Made by a program: the position numbers and the translations under genes
DNA from: Octopus sinensis
Taxonomy: Eukaryota
Assembly (NCBI RefSeq): GCF_006345805.1
Contig: NW_021835008.1
Span: forward strand, 1 to 43,543
Length of the DNA stretch: 43,543 nucleotides
Reading direction: 5' to 3'
Shown here: positions 12,784-23,519 of the stretch, piece after piece
Position numbering within the stretch: the first letter of the stretch is position 1
Layout: the number at the start of each line of letters is the position of its first letter
Notes under the pieces: model-generated
What the model saw: only the letters and a program-made list of their open reading frames with translations
Database searches by the model: none
Told to the model about the DNA's origin: nothing

Positions 12784-12786
<3 letters not shown>
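12322..12786 (+). mobile_element. RTE-clade LINE 3' fragment with C-terminal C2H2-like fingers
   Basis: VLASDRTRWQTKVSSGVRACE (RTE A.DR..W motif), then FQCRVCYKVCKSNGGLKRHFKIH and SLSGLKSHIRRH; homologous to 8740-9090; flanked by (TA)n. Confidence 0.75.
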
Positions 12787-12822
<36 letters not shown>

Positions 12823-13010
12823 TTATATATATAAGTAGATACATGGTACAACAAGGCACCGATATTTACTGGAAAATAGCAATCATAGTAAATACGACGC
12901 TATTGTATAGCTTCACTGTATGTATACTAGCAAAGACGCGTGTGTGCAACAAACATGAAAAATTTGTCTTACCTCTAGGGAGAACATTCGATAAATGGAC
13001 AACCTAGAAT

Positions 13011-13092
<82 letters not shown>

Positions 13093-13230
13093 TATATATA
13101 AATGAATACATAAATACATATATTTATACATACGGCCATATATGCATATATTCATACATAAGGCTGTACATACATATACTCATACAAGCATCCATCCATC
13201 CTTCCATACATCCATACATTCATACATACA

Positions 13231-13261
<31 letters not shown>

Positions 13262-13429
13262 TGGTGACCGGTAATAACGACCGATAATAATGATGCCTCA
13301 GTCCTATACTCGGATGTGTGTAACTAGTGCTCATATGATAGCAGATGTAAAAAAATTTCAAGCAAAGCATCCCCTAAATCATCTCTAAATTCACATCACA
13401 GCATAATTCAGAATTCTCCATGAAGGTCT

Positions 13430-13820
13430 GGGGAGAAAACAGATGTGAAATATGCAGTAATAGTGCCTTAAAATATTTGGATATTACCTCTCATATAAAA
13501 TTTAAAAGTGGATTCTCCTTCTAAATGATGTCATTATGAACTGTAAAACACAGAAATTATGCCGTATAATCCACCCGAATTTGCAAAAAAGTATTATACT
13601 AGCGATACTAACAATTTTCATTATTAACTAGGAAATATCTATAGACGACACATCACCAAAAATAAATACGTAAGATTCCACTAAGCAAACATTTTTAAAA
13701 AATGCAGAAACAACAAATTCAAGATCTTTCTTTTTCTAAAAATACCCAAGGGATTAACCAAAATATCGAAAGTCAATGGAGCTACATTTTATAAAAAAAA
13801 TGTCTACTAAAATTGAACGT
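13430..13820 (+). pseudogene. Highly decayed PLE GIY-YIG endonuclease remnant (Neptune-like)
   Basis: Frame-shifted pieces RCEIC, MNCKT, KIPLSKHF.KC..KFKIF, MELHFIK, LKLN occur in the same order as in the better-preserved domain at 17230-17640. Confidence 0.55.
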
Positions 13821-14669
13821 GTAAAAACTATATATATAAGATGTGGAAACTTCTTTTAAAAAAATTACTTTCCGAGACGAAACTAAACTAGATTAATATT
13901 ATTATTAATAATGTTCTCATTGCTGCTAATAAAGTAACTGGGAAAATTCACTTAAACAACAAATACACACACACACACACATACACACACGCATGCGCTT
14001 AAACACATTTAAAAGCTTTCTCAAACAATTTAATAGATTGTCTTTCCTACAGCTGGCTAACATGACAACTGACCTAAAATGTTGTCTGCCACACAATGAC
14101 TAAAAGAAATTTATTGCAAATGTTAAAAAAATTTACCTCTTTGACTTGTCGTCAATTTCACTCTTCTCAGAAAACTCCCATTTCTTTCTTTCTTTCCTTC
14201 TTTCTTTCTTTCTGTCTGTCTTTTTCCTTTTCCCTCTAACCAAGCATCCAACGATCTGCCATTTACACTGTGTTTAAAAATTCATCAAATACACATGCCT
14301 ATACACACATATAGTATTAAAATGACAAAGAACATTTCAAATAACCACTCTTAAAATATCCATTTTCCAAAACCCAAGAAAATAAATTCAACTCCAATTT
14401 TTTTTCCAATTAAGTGATATATATAAATTTTAAGAATTTTCTATAGAAAAAACATTCAAGATGAACCTCTCAACGAGATGAAATTACTTAACAAGTAATT
14501 CTCCAAATCCTGACAAGCTTCTTTTGATTTACACACACACTCACACAAACACACACACACACACACACACATGCACACACGTACACGCACGCACATACAC
14601 ACACACACATATATATATAATATATATATATATATACATATATAAAATTATACATATATATATATACGT

Positions 14670-14765
14670 AGGCGGGTGGTTCTGGGTTCAGTCTTATTGT
14701 GTGACACCTTGGCCATGGTCTTCGCCTCGGAGTGACCAAAACCTTGTGAGTGGAAAATGGAATCG
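14670..14765 (+). mobile_element. SINE family A 5' fragment
   Basis: tggttctgggttcagtc...gaccaaaaccttgtgagtgga. Confidence 0.7.
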
Positions 14766-15120
14766 TATACGCACAAACAAACGCACACATGCACATATAA
14801 CCTTACTCTCGCTAAATATTCTAAATGACCTGAGATACTCATCCTTCCTTGTTTTTTTTTTGTCCATTTTCCTGTAATATAATATATACCTGCTAATTCG
14901 GAAGCCCACTACAGATCCCCAGCTCCCGCCTCAGCTGTGAAATTGGAACCCAACGGATGACAAATTATAGCATTTAGCGCACCTATTGGTTTACATCATC
15001 AGTGACGTAAAACCCTTAATATTCCCTATCTGTCTGTCTGTTTCTCTCTCTCCCTTATATATAATATATATTTATACACACACAACCACACACACACACA
15101 CACACACATATCTATATATA

Positions 15121-15167
<47 letters not shown>

Positions 15168-15193
15168 GAATATATATATATATATATACGTAC

Positions 15194-15330
15194 GTGCAGG
15201 CCTGGTTCTATAGTAAGAAGGCTGTTTCCCTATCACATGGTTCCGGGTTCAGTCCTATTGTTTGAAATAATCTTGAACAAGTCTTTTAGTCTCGGGTTGA
15301 CCAAAGCCTTGCGAGTGGATAATGAAATCG
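15194..15330 (+). mobile_element. SINE family A 5' fragment
   Basis: cacatggttccgggttcagtcc (B box)...gaccaaagccttgcgagtggat. Confidence 0.75.
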
Positions 15331-15730
15331 TACACGCGCACACACACACACATACATATGTATGTACATATAATATTGTTGGTTGTAGATAGTTACACAG
15401 TGACCAATGTTTTGCAATGGATAGAGAATGCAGCAACAAAACACGTGATTTGTGGAATTATGGAAACGTACATAGAAACGCTTTAAAGGATTTATGAATT
15501 TCCATCAAAACGTTCACGTTATTACTATATTAATATATTTATATATATATATTACGTTTATATATTTGTTGTGCAAAATTTTTTATGTGAAGTCGTGCGT
15601 TGAAACAGACATTGTTGTATTTCGGAATGGTCATTTTGCCAGTTTAGCCAAAAGAAACACACGTACTATATATTTGGTGTTACTTTGCTTCAGTGTTATT
15701 TATTTTTTACATTAAACTTAATCTTATTAC

Positions 15731-15775
15731 GGCCAGAGTTCTTTCGTCACACTCCTGTGACCGCATCAGTGGTCC
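15731..15775 (-). ncRNA. Hammerhead-like motif (A9C variant)
   Basis: RNA CCA-CUGAUGC-g-GUCAC aggagu GUGAC-GAAA-GAAC-UC-UGG. Host repeat (15587-15650) is related to 37711-37775. Confidence 0.55.
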
Positions 15776-15917
15776 TTTGTTTTCTTCTTTCTTATTTCTG
15801 TCTCTCCTTACTAATCGTCAGCCATTTTGTATTTCTATTGTGTGTATAAGTCAAAAACGGGAAATATGTCTGCCGGTTAGAGAACATGGCTATTTAAATT
15901 TAAAATTATATCTATAT

Positions 15918-15958
<41 letters not shown>

Positions 15959-16332
15959 TGAATGTATATTGTGATGTATAATTTAAAGAATCTAGTTATG
16001 TAAAACCGAAACAATGCGAAAAAATACAAAGTAATTGAAAAGAAAACAACAAATTTGCATTTCTATATTTCGGAGTGAAGAGCGGCGGCGCTTGTTTGGA
16101 ACATTCGGGAAAGCGATGGCTGGAAAGAGATTCTTGCTAAGTAGTGTGGTAGCGGAATGTGAGTCCAAAATCTGAGTCTTTTAAATTATCATTTGCTAAT
16201 TTCTTTCAATCATCTCGTATTAATTATAATTCAAAAAACAAATTATCAGTACGTAGGCTTCCAAACTAGGAAACGAAAATAAGAGTAAGGAGAAGTTCCA
16301 TCTACCTTCCACTCTTGATTAGAAAGCTTTTA

Positions 16333-16363
<31 letters not shown>

Positions 16364-16452
16364 GTATAAGGGTGAAAAGGAACACACGAGTTTATATAAT
16401 GAAAAAACAAGTAAAAATAGAAAATGCTAAAATAATTTTATAGTGAACATTT

Positions 16453-16490
16453 CAGTACCGGTTTCGGTCATTTTGAGACCTTTTCAACTG
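16453..16490 (-). ncRNA. Minimal type I hammerhead ribozyme (U3-A8 core)
   Basis: RNA CAG-UUGAAAA-GGUC ucaaaau GACC-GAAA-CCGG-UA-CUG: all three stems pair; palindromic stem III ACCGGU; GUA triplet. Confidence 0.8.
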
Positions 16491-16835
16491 TAACGATTAA
16501 ATAATAAATTTAGAAAAATTAGAAGAAAAGTTTTTTTAAAAGAATATTTCTGTAGTGTTCAGATTTAAGTGGCATTCTGCCTTTCTCTGACTCCCTTGTT
16601 TGCACTTGTGTGTTCGAGGTAGTTGTGAGTTCTTGGTAGGGTAGTAGAGGGAAGGCTGGTGAGGAAAGGGGGGTGGGAGAATCTGGGAGTGCCTGATGGT
16701 CGTATTTTTGAATGGTCAGTGGCGGCTGGCAGTCTCAGTTTCAATTCAGGAGAATATTTATATTGACAGGCTTTTATAGAATTAGCGTAGGTGTTATACT
16801 AAAAAACATTAGTGACAAACTTAAGGGGTAGGGGT

Positions 16836-17085
16836 GGAGAAGAAGAAGAAGAAGAAGAAGAAGAAGAAGGAGAAGGAGAAGGAGAAGATGACGATGATGG
16901 TGATGGTGGTGATGATTATGACGACGATGATGATGATAACGATGATGATGAAGAAGAAAGAAGAAGAAAAGAAGAAGAGGAGGAGAAGGAGAAGATGGTG
17001 GGGATGATGGTGGCGATGATGATGATGCCGATGATGATGATAACGATGATGATGAAGAAGAAGAGGAAGAAGAAGAAGAAAGAAA
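16836..17085. repeat. (GAA)n/(GAT)n compound trinucleotide tract
   Basis: Direct observation; lies inside the PLE 3' region. Confidence 0.95.
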
Positions 17086-17229
17086 AAACAGAGAAGGAGA
17101 ATATGAATGGGTGTAATATAGCTATGAAGGGGCTGATTAGTAATGGATTCTATGGAGTGTAGTATTTGTGTGTGTATATATATTTTTTTTCTTTTATTCT
17201 AAAGTTGAGGTATATTAATTGTTTGTCGT

Positions 17230-17770
17230 AGACCCGTTAAGAAGTGGCTTGTATTTTGTAATAAAGAGATTTTCTTTACTTATTCGTTGTCTCGAGGTTG
17301 TATCGTCCCTAAATTGGTAGAGGGGGAAAATTCTGAAGTTTGGGTGTTTTTTTGTTTGCGCAAGTATCTAGTGTTGGCTAAAAGCTATTTTTCTTGTTTT
17401 GGGGAATTTTTATCTGGGATCTGTGCAGGGCCATTCGTTTACGCAAACCATTTTCTGTTTGGCCTATGTACTGCTCTTGACACCCGGAGCAGGTTAGTGA
17501 GTATATTAGGTTCTCCGAAGCACATGTGAAGTTGCTTTTCACTGTAAAACGTTGTCCCTGTTTGAAGGAGAACTCAGAACCCTCGATTAGATAGTCGCAT
17601 ATCCCGCAATTGGGTCTTCCACATTTTTTTACTGTCGGCTTCTGTGTTGAAGAGTGAATTCGGGCTTGTGTAAGGAGACTTTTCATGGATCTAGGCTGTC
17701 TTTTGCTTTTTATGATCGTGTGTGTTTGGAGGATTGTGTTCATTCTGTGGTCTTTTTTTAGGAGGGGTAT
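17230..17770 (-). pseudogene. GIY-YIG endonuclease with Cys-rich linker (PLE ORF C-terminus), frame-shifted
   Basis: ORF 17378-17833: KKCGRPNCGICD...FTCASENLIYSLTCSGCQEQYIGQTENGLRKRMALHRS; continues out of frame as RKIAFSQH.DTCA..PNFRIFPLYQF..KENLFITKYKPLLN. The ORF's first residues derive from the adjacent SINE. Confidence 0.9.
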
Positions 17771-17789
17771 GTAGATATATATATATATA

Positions 17790-18205
17790 GGCGCAGGAGT
17801 GGCTGTGTGGTAAGTAGCTTGCTTACCAACCACATGGTTCCGGGTTAAGCCCCACTGTGTGGTATTTTGGGCAAGTGTCTTCTGCTATAGCCCCGGGCCG
17901 ACCAATGCCTTTTGAGTGGATTTGGTAGACGGAAACTGAAAGAAGCCTGTCTTATATATGTATATATGTGTATGTATGTATGTGTTTGTATATATGTTTG
18001 TGTGTCTGTGTTTGTCCTCCTAGCATTGCTTGGCAACCGATGCTGGTGTGTTTACGTCCCCGTAACTAGCGGTTCGGCAAAGAGAGGCGATAGAATAAGT
18101 ACTCTGGGCTTACAAAGAATAAGTCCGGGGTCCATTTACTCGACTAAAGGCGGTGCTCCAGCATGGCCGCAGTCAATGACTGAAACAAGTGAAAGAGTAA
18201 AAGAG

Positions 18206-18207
<2 letters not shown>
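17790..18207 (+). mobile_element. Octopus-type tRNA-derived SINE (family A), full length
   Basis: GGCGCAGGAGTGGCTGTGTGGTAAG (A box)...GGGTTAAGCCCC (B-box variant), internal microsatellite, AAAGAGT tail, flanked by (TA)n; at least nine relatives in the window. Confidence 0.93.
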
Positions 18208-18241
<34 letters not shown>

Positions 18242-18619
18242 AATATATATATATAAGAGCAGCTGCATTTACATAGTTGAGAACCTAATTTTTGTAGCCA
18301 TAGCAGTAGCTTTTGAAGTTACTTTACGATTAGACGATTAATGCTTTATATAAATTTAATATTTGTAATATCACAATTTTGCAACTCAGTAAATAATATC
18401 AAGTAAATTTTAGTTGGCAGATTGAACAGCGACATTAATATGCACAGTGTAGAACTACATTCTTTGTGTTTTGTTAATTACACGATTATATTTATTTTAT
18501 ATGTCCATCCCTGAACGCTCTTTCATTTCACAATTATAAAATGAATTTCACAAATGTAATTATTGAATAAGAACGAAGCAACAAAATATAATGCGTGTAT
18601 GCGGATGGATATGTGTGTG

Positions 18620-18672
<53 letters not shown>

Positions 18673-19408
18673 TTGTGTGTGTGTGTGATTGTGTGTGTGA
18701 AATTCTCGTATCTTTCATCTTCTGTTTGTCATTAACCAGATACATAATCGAACACAGTGAAAGTGATGGTGCTTTACCAAAAAGCTACCAGGTATAACAC
18801 ATTCGATGTATTATCTAGTAATGTATACACGCAATCTTTTAGGCTTATGAGTATATGTCAATTAGTGTGTTGAGTAAAGCACGTTCACAGTTTGGATTAC
18901 CTGGGGGGGTCATCCACGGGTGAGGTACATATCTGCTGGGTTTACGTCAGGGATTCTACAGTGTTAATTGAGGTAATAATAATTGAAGTAAACCGAAGAT
19001 AAATTTTGCACTAGAATTTATTCAGTATGGCGATCGTTTCGACCCATCCTACAGCTGTCCTTTGTGGAGAGGATTTTGTGTATCTAACTGTGTTGCATCA
19101 TTCTGTGCAGTTTGTGTCAGATCAGGTACATTACATAAAGAAGATGCCCCACATGATATACTGCGATGTCCTAGTTATGGTTTTAATCCTAGGTTATATA
19201 TCCACGGACAACAGGAGCAAGTAGCAACGCAAATAGAGCAGGCAAGAACACGTATGTGTGTGTGTACATATATATGTGTGTGTATGAGTGTATGTGTGTG
19301 TGTGCGTGTATGTGTGTGTGTGCGTGTGTGTGTGTATAATCATATACATGTATGTGTGTGTGTGTGTATAATTATATACATGTATATATATATATATATA
19401 AATGTATA

Positions 19409-19485
19409 TACTAATACATTTGTTTGTTTGTACTCACCTGCCTTCGTCTTTTGTTTATTTTCGTAAACTTTCCCTTTATATATAT

Positions 19486-19523
<38 letters not shown>

Positions 19524-19557
19524 AAGGGAAAGTTTTTGTTTATTTTCGTAAACTTTC

Positions 19558-19594
<37 letters not shown>

Positions 19595-19776
19595 GGAAAG
19601 TTTACGAAAATAAACAAAAGACGAAGGCAGGTGGAGTACAACAAACAAATGTATTAGTATGGCGCTCAGGAATAGAAATAGAAAAAGTCTTTACGTTTCG
19701 AGCCTACGCTCTTCGACAGAAAGATACGCAGAAAAAAACAAGGAGAGAAAAATATGCGTGTAGGAGCTAACGATCT
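19409..19776 (-). mobile_element. Cluster of short hammerhead-bearing repeats converging on (TA)n
   Basis: Main copy 19590-19776 with motif CUGUCGA-A-GAGC guag GCUC-GAAA-CG-UA (19687-19724). Inverted partial copies at 19409-19476 and 19525-19558. Same family at 34457-34660 and 35464-35508. Confidence 0.8.
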
Positions 19777-19786
19777 ATATATATAT

Positions 19787-19833
<47 letters not shown>

Positions 19834-19879
19834 AAGTTACGTACTCCCTCATCGTTAGATGACGTATAAGGTACGAATG

Positions 19880-20127
19880 GTCTTATTGAACAACCACACA
19901 GATGATTTGTTTATAGTGATCAAATGTTTGTGTAGACATAAGTTCACTCCTTCCCTCAGTTCGACATTACTCGTACAGGTGCAACGAGTGTCACAATGCT
20001 AGATATCGAAGAGAGAACGTGAAATGAAAGGTTTAGCTCAAAAACATAACGTAACGCCGTGCCTGGAATCGAACCCACTATCTCGCAATCGTGGGTGTAA
20101 AACCCTAGCCACTCAGCCAGGCGTATC
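19880..20127 (-). mobile_element. tRNA-derived SINE (third family), degenerate
   Basis: A box TGGCTGAGTGG (20109-20119) and B box GGTTCGATTCC (20065-20075), followed by non-tRNA body. Confidence 0.7.
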
Positions 20128-20319
20128 ACATGAATGTTATAATACTTAATTAATTAAAATTATTAGCTCATTAAATTAGTTAGCCTCACTTTTGATATTT
20201 TTAGTCGCCTTAATCCTGACAATACATTTGTCATAATAATGATAATACTTTTATCGTAATTTTTCTCTTTTTAATAAAAATACATAAGTATTGTAAGTGT
20301 AATTGTTTTGTTTTCATAA

Positions 20320-20397
<78 letters not shown>

Positions 20398-20494
20398 TGA
20401 TTAAAACGGTAAGATAAACAAAAGAAAGAAAGAGACCTCAATATTATGTAAATAGAGGAATATCTATACAATATGTTACATTACTCGGTAGTCA

Positions 20495-20556
20495 AGATAA
20501 AACTCTGAGTTTCAGATGCCGAAGTGGAAATCCACAAACCATCTCTTCGGTTATCT
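20495..20556 (-). ncRNA. Type I hammerhead ribozyme (U4C core)
   Basis: RNA AGAUAA-CCGAAGA-GAUG..GUGG auuu CCAC..CAUC-u-GAAA-CUC a GAG-UU-UUAUCU; 6-bp stem I. Confidence 0.7.
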
Positions 20557-20747
20557 GGCTATTTGAAACGTTATGAAAAATACCGTTAAAAATTAAGGGA
20601 AATTACTCTGTTATAACTCTGCTTTGCCTGCGTACTTATACATCGCTCGCATTTTTCGTCATAAAAATTAATATAAAAATACATAAAAATATATAAAAAT
20701 ATATAAAATATATAAATCTTCTTGGGTCATAACACAGAAAGCATGTT

Positions 20748-22225
20748 CTATCCGTTTTCTTTAGGGGACCAAAAACGTAACAGAAATTTAGTCACATGTG
20801 GGCATGATCCGAAAAGCTCTGTCCTTGTATTTAGACATGTGGTAGGGCTAAGCTGCTTTTCCAGATAAGCCATCTCTCCATGTCGCATAAACCGCACCTT
20901 CCGTGCCTTTAGTGTAGGGCTTACATCTGGCCAAAATCTTCCATTGTATGTTATAATCGACACCTTATCTCTTAAAGATCAATATGATTGGATAATGTGT
21001 CGCTTTCTTTTGTTCCAGTGCCTAAAGCTCAAAGTGTGGTTATTGAACCTGGCCTTGAAATTACCCTCTGTCAGGCCCACGTATTTCTTCGTCGAAACGG
21101 TTTCTTTAGTGGTTATAGAGTTTACGGTAGCTTCATATATGATGGTCTTGGACATGCAGCTCCATTTGAGCGGCACAATTCTTTATTCCTGCATGAACAG
21201 CTGTTTTCTTCTTGTGTTTTTTTTGTATGTTATGATTGATTATGTTTTTAAAAATGGTAGTTGAACTAAAACTAATTTTTAAATGTGTCTATTGAAGAAT
21301 TTCCTATAAGCATGGTTAACTGGAAAATGTCTATCTATCAGTGCTAGGAAATATTTACCTATATTGAAGGCCACCTCGGGTGAGTAAGGGGCGTAAACCA
21401 GATGACTTCCTATTTCTATTATTCCTTTTCTTACTGTTGGGCTGGTGATAGGTGTATATTTATTTTTTTTCGCTAAAAACCACTATCTTTTAAAGCTTTA
21501 TTATAAAGTGGGGGCAACGCTATTGAAGATGTCCTCATTAGATGAGAGGCTAGAAATCCTCTACTAATATTTTTACTAAATTTGAATACTATAGGGGGAT
21601 GGCATGAACCTACATTAATATAATTAGTTATCATTGGGCCTCCTATAAGGCTTATAAATATTATTATTAAGATCTAAGGAAACGTCTAAGAAATTGACAA
21701 CCGTCAGGTTAGTGTCTATAGTTTATACTAGTCCGAAGTGTTTCATTAACTGGATAATATCCTTCCTAAAACGATCTTGTGCTGGTCCATTTGTATTAGC
21801 TGTTAAGGCGAGGGCATCATCTTTGTAGATGGCGAAATGTACGTTAGGGAATGTCTTACCGAAGGTATCTAGGAGAAAAGAGTCCAAATAGATCACAGAT
21901 GCCTGCCCCATCATATGAACCCATGCTCACATCGAAAGCGCCTCCGTGTCGGTGTTTTTTACCCACTTTGCATTCTCACTGAAAAGTAAGGTCTTTCTAG
22001 CATGGAAGATTATATCCTTATCATTGGTACTAATTTCTATGAAGTCACTAGCGAAGATTAGGGCTTTATCTAGCAGTTCTTTAGAGATAGAGGCATAAAA
22101 AATCAACAATATCGAATTGTGTAAACCTCGCTTTTTTCTTATTCTTAATAGCTTTAAACCAGTCTACGACTTCTATACTATTGGACCATTGCATAGCCTA
22201 GTATCGGTCTTAATTTTCGTATTTA
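20748..22225 (-). pseudogene. PLE reverse transcriptase + GIY-YIG endonuclease, multiply frame-shifted
   Basis: FDI..FYASISKELLDKAL; MGSYDGA; AIYKDDAL (RT catalytic motif); VNFLDVSLDLNNNIYKPYRRPN; IWF.PYS..NIGKYFLALIDRHFP; CSCRNKE.CPL..CMSKTIIYEATV..KYVGLTEGNFKARFNNH; WKILARCKPY..RCGLC; LNTRTELFGSCPH. Confidence 0.92.
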
Positions 22226-22338
22226 TTTTATTTTATTTATATATATTATAAAAAACATATGCACACACTCACACACTCTCACCGATACACACGCACACAC
22301 AACACACACACACACCCCACACAACCACACATACATAT

Positions 22339-22380
<42 letters not shown>

Positions 22381-22385
<5 letters not shown>

Positions 22386-23182
22386 ATTAGGGTTCAGCAA
22401 AAATTTGCTTTACCACACACCGAACTATTAGAAATAGCAGCCAAAGAATTTAGCTATTTCCTCTACTTTAAGAGGAGTCTCCCAGATAACGTATACTCAG
22501 AAACATTACACGTAGGTATAGAGGGAAAAATAAGGAAAGTTCACTCGAAAGATTGATTACTTGTGAACGCGTTTCTGGGTTAGTTAGATATAGAGATGCT
22601 AGAAATACATCCCTATTTCAACATTCCTTTCATCAGCCCAAGATTTCATTAAATTTAAATTTGAGAGCACTAAAAATCGAACTTACCTATCAGATTTGAG
22701 TAACCCCAGACGAACCACCTTCGACTTCCAGTACTAACGAATTCAAAAAGTACAAATGAGGCTTTGCATTCTTCCCCTTCCACCCACGTGAGTTATAGAG
22801 CAACAAATTCCTACAGAGGGATCTGTCGTTAATTATCAGGGAGAGGATTATATTGTCAATAATAATAAGGGTAAAATTAATTAATTAATTAGTAATTGAT
22901 GATTTTACCAAGCAGTGCTCAGTATGTAAAAGGAGCATTTACGGTAAATTTATTTTATATTAGGGTTCAGCAAAACAGATACTCTTCTCATAGTAGAGGA
23001 AATAGCTAAATCCTTTGGCTGCTATTTCTAAAAGTTCGGTGTGTGGTAAAGCAATTTTTTTGCTGAACCCTAATTATATAAAGTAATGTTTGAATTTACC
23101 GTAAATGGTCCTTTTTACATACTGAACACTGCTTGGTAAAATTATTAATTACTAATTATTAATTAATTAATTTTTACCCTTA

Positions 23183-23185
<3 letters not shown>
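22381..23185. mobile_element. Rearranged non-coding repeat (573-bp permuted unit plus inverted copy) containing a hammerhead
   Basis: attagggttcagcaaaa recurs at 22386 and 22959. 22381-22478 is inverted at 22981-23080, and 22867-22950 is inverted at 23094-23182. Flanked by (TA)n. Confidence 0.85.
22560..22642 (-). ncRNA. Type I hammerhead-like motif, canonical core, expanded stem II
   Basis: RNA CUUGGG-CUGAUGA-[54 nt]-GAAA-CGCG-UU-CACAAG; palindromic stem III ACGCGU. Confidence 0.65.
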
Positions 23186-23229
<44 letters not shown>

Positions 23230-23485
23230 GTATATGTATGTATATACAGAGAGAAAGAGAGACAGAGAGAGGAGAGAGAGAGAGAGAGAGAGGGAGAGAA
23301 GTGAGAGAGTGAGTGAGTGAGTGAGAGAAGATGTTTGAATGATTCGATATCGGAATCTCCTTTTCTGATATCGTTTATGTCTTAATGAGTGAAATATATA
23401 TGATGGTTAGGAGTCAGTTTGTTGGATTTCTAGTATGCATATTACTCGTATGCACATATGATTAGTAGCAGCCCAGACACAAATG

Positions 23486-23519
<34 letters not shown>

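Larger units (their letters stand above)
16365..17770 (-). mobile_element. Penelope-like element, Neptune-type, 5'-truncated: GIY-YIG endonuclease + 3' UTR + hammerhead-bearing terminal repeat
   Basis: Endonuclease remnant 17230-17770, then a hammerhead at 16453-16490, ending at (TA)n. Confidence 0.85.
20399..22225 (-). mobile_element. Penelope-like element, Naiad-type, 5'-truncated (RT + GIY-YIG + hammerhead-bearing 3' end)
   Basis: RT/EN remnants at 20748-22225 and hammerhead at 20495-20556; 3' end at (TA)n. Confidence 0.88.

Noticed and set aside
14860-15007. CUGAUGA on the minus strand (14996-15002) as a hammerhead core
   Set aside because: No downstream GAAA with stem III, NUH and matching stem I.
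16070-16175. Locally GC/CpG-richer patch as host exon or promoter
   Set aside because: No supportable splice signals, ORF or motif.
16812-17162. Acidic poly-E/poly-D 116-aa ORF
   Set aside because: Product of (GAA)n/(GAT)n repeats antisense within a PLE UTR.
19025-19129. Minus-strand GGGUC-GAAA-CGAUCG as a hammerhead half
   Set aside because: The only candidate core is CUGAUCU and the cleavage triplet lacks U; too decayed to count.
20050-20127. tRNA gene
   Set aside because: A/B boxes are present but it continues into a SINE body; no convincing acceptor stem or terminator.
20748-21200. Selenocysteine recoding reported for some Naiad elements
   Set aside because: The conserved Cys positions I could read are TGT/TGC, not TGA; no SECIS recognised.
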